Source: an uncultured Gemmatimonadales bacterium (GTDB lineage: Bacteria > Gemmatimonadota > Gemmatimonadetes > Gemmatimonadales > Gemmatimonadaceae). From it: 64,000 nucleotides of DNA. Shown here piece after piece: positions 63,008-64,000 of the stretch; position 1 is the stretch's first letter, and each line of letters begins with the position of its first letter. The position numbers and the translations under genes were made by a program. The DNA is taken from positions 3,424,001 through 3,488,000 of the forward strand of contig CAWKMU010000003.1 of the NCBI GenBank assembly GCA_963850905.1, in the 5' to 3' direction. The notes below the pieces were generated by a model, which did no database searches, was not told where the DNA came from, and saw nothing but the letters and a program-made list of their open reading frames with translations.

Positions 63008-64000
63008 TCAGAGTGCTTCTATGTACGCGACCTCGCCGTGCAGGACCATATCGAGCCCAGCGGTCTGCCCGGCCTCGTCAATCTTCACTGGTGTGATCCG
63101 GTCGATGATCCAGAGCATGGCGTAGGTGAAGACGAACGCCCACGCCGTGGCAATGCCGACGGCGCCGAGCTCCACGAAGAAGAAATGCGGGTTGCCGTTG
63201 AACAGCCCGTTGTTGCCCGCGGGGTTGAATGCGAGACTGGCGTAGGCGCCGAGGCTCACGATGCCAAGGAATCCACCGACTCCGTGTACGCCCCATACGT
63301 CGAGCGCGTCATCCCACTGCAGTCGATTCTTGAGCGCGACGGCGTAGAAGCAGACGATCCCCGCCAGGATCCCGATGAGGACCGCCACACCGGGGGAGAC
63401 ATATCCGGAAGCCGGGGTGATCGTCGCGAGCCCCGCCACGGACCCCGTGAGCAGGCCCAGGAACTTCGGTTTCTTGCTCGTCAGCCAATCGATCGCGAGC
63501 CAGGTGATCGCCCCGAAGCTGGCCGCGAGATCAGTATTGATGAATGCGACCGTGGTCACCGAGTCGACTCTGAACTCGCTGCCGGCGTTGAAGCCGTACC
63601 ACCCGAACCAAAGGAGGCCGGTCCCGAGCGCTACCAGCGGGATCGAGTGCGGCGCCTGATCTGCTGCCCTCCGCCGTCCGACATACAGCACCGAGGCGAG
63701 CGCCGCGACGCCAGCGATGTTGTGCACGACGATGCCGCCGGCGAAGTCGAGGACGCCCCAGTGTGCCATGATGCCGCCGCCCCAGATCATGTGCACGAAC
63801 GGGAAATAGACCAGGATCAGCCACGCCGTGAGGAAGAGCATATACGCAGGGAACCGCACGCGATTCGCAAAGGCCCCGGTGATGAGCGCCGGCGTGATGA
63901 TGGCGAACATCATCTGGTACCCGAAGAACACGAAGAGCGGGATCGTGTCGTTGGTCGGGGACGGAGTGGTCAGCGAGACTCCGTGGAGGAACGCCCAGTG
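63008..64000 (-). CDS. amtB: Ammonium transporter (5' end beyond the window)
   Basis: QMMFAIITPALI, DFAGGIVVH, LLWFGWYGFNAGS, DDALDVWGVHG. Confidence 0.95.
   Translation of the reverse strand, partial: HWAFLHGVSLTTPSPTNDTIPLFVFFGYQMMFAIITPALITGAFANRVRFPAYMLFLTAWLILVYFPFVHMIWGGGIMAHWGVLDFAGGIVVHNIAGVAALASVLYVGRRRAADQAPHSIPLVALGTGLLWFGWYGFNAGSEFRVDSVTTVAFINTDLAASFGAITWLAIDWLTSKKPKFLGLLTGSVAGLATITPASGYVSPGVAVLIGILAGIVCFYAVALKNRLQWDDALDVWGVHGVGGFLGIVSLGAYASLAFNPAGNNGLFNGNPHFFFVELGAVGIATAWAFVFTYAMLWIIDRITPVKIDEAGQTAGLDMVLHGEVAYIEAL

Overview
GC-rich bacterial chromosome segment. Gene content and protein style suggest Gemmatimonadota (inference only). Positions 1-23.9 kb are a tightly packed minus-strand housekeeping run: sdhA(partial)-sdhC-mdh-moaA/E/D-HU/IHF-carA-secG-tpiA-pgk-gap-aroE-LMW phosphatase-tsaC-ispD-radA-dnaB-UDG-coaBC-rpoZ-gmk-yicC-outer-membrane protein-pepA. 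Positions 24-64 kb are accessory-looking: HTH protein, FAD oxidoreductase, LMF protein, Ser/Thr kinase, two GT-C membrane proteins, two orphan ABC permeases, hydrolases, a hybrid kinase and amtB (partial). Five genes carry single-base frameshifts, probably consensus errors. The best candidates for undescribed biology are: (1) a ClpC N-terminal (phospho-arginine-reader-type) domain fused to a pyruvoyl-dependent arginine decarboxylase (40158-41294); (2) a four-gene envelope module (Gly-linker OmpA lipoprotein, two paralogous secreted proteins, a divergent lipoprotein) whose intergenic region has mirror-image 17-bp inverted repeats; (3) a small HTH gene behind an AT-rich promoter with repeated operator-like boxes. 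Also present are GTAG-type REP palindromes and co-oriented heptamer tandem arrays. No rRNA, tRNA, CRISPR array, transposase or integrase was recognised. All calls come from reading motifs by eye; no database search was run.
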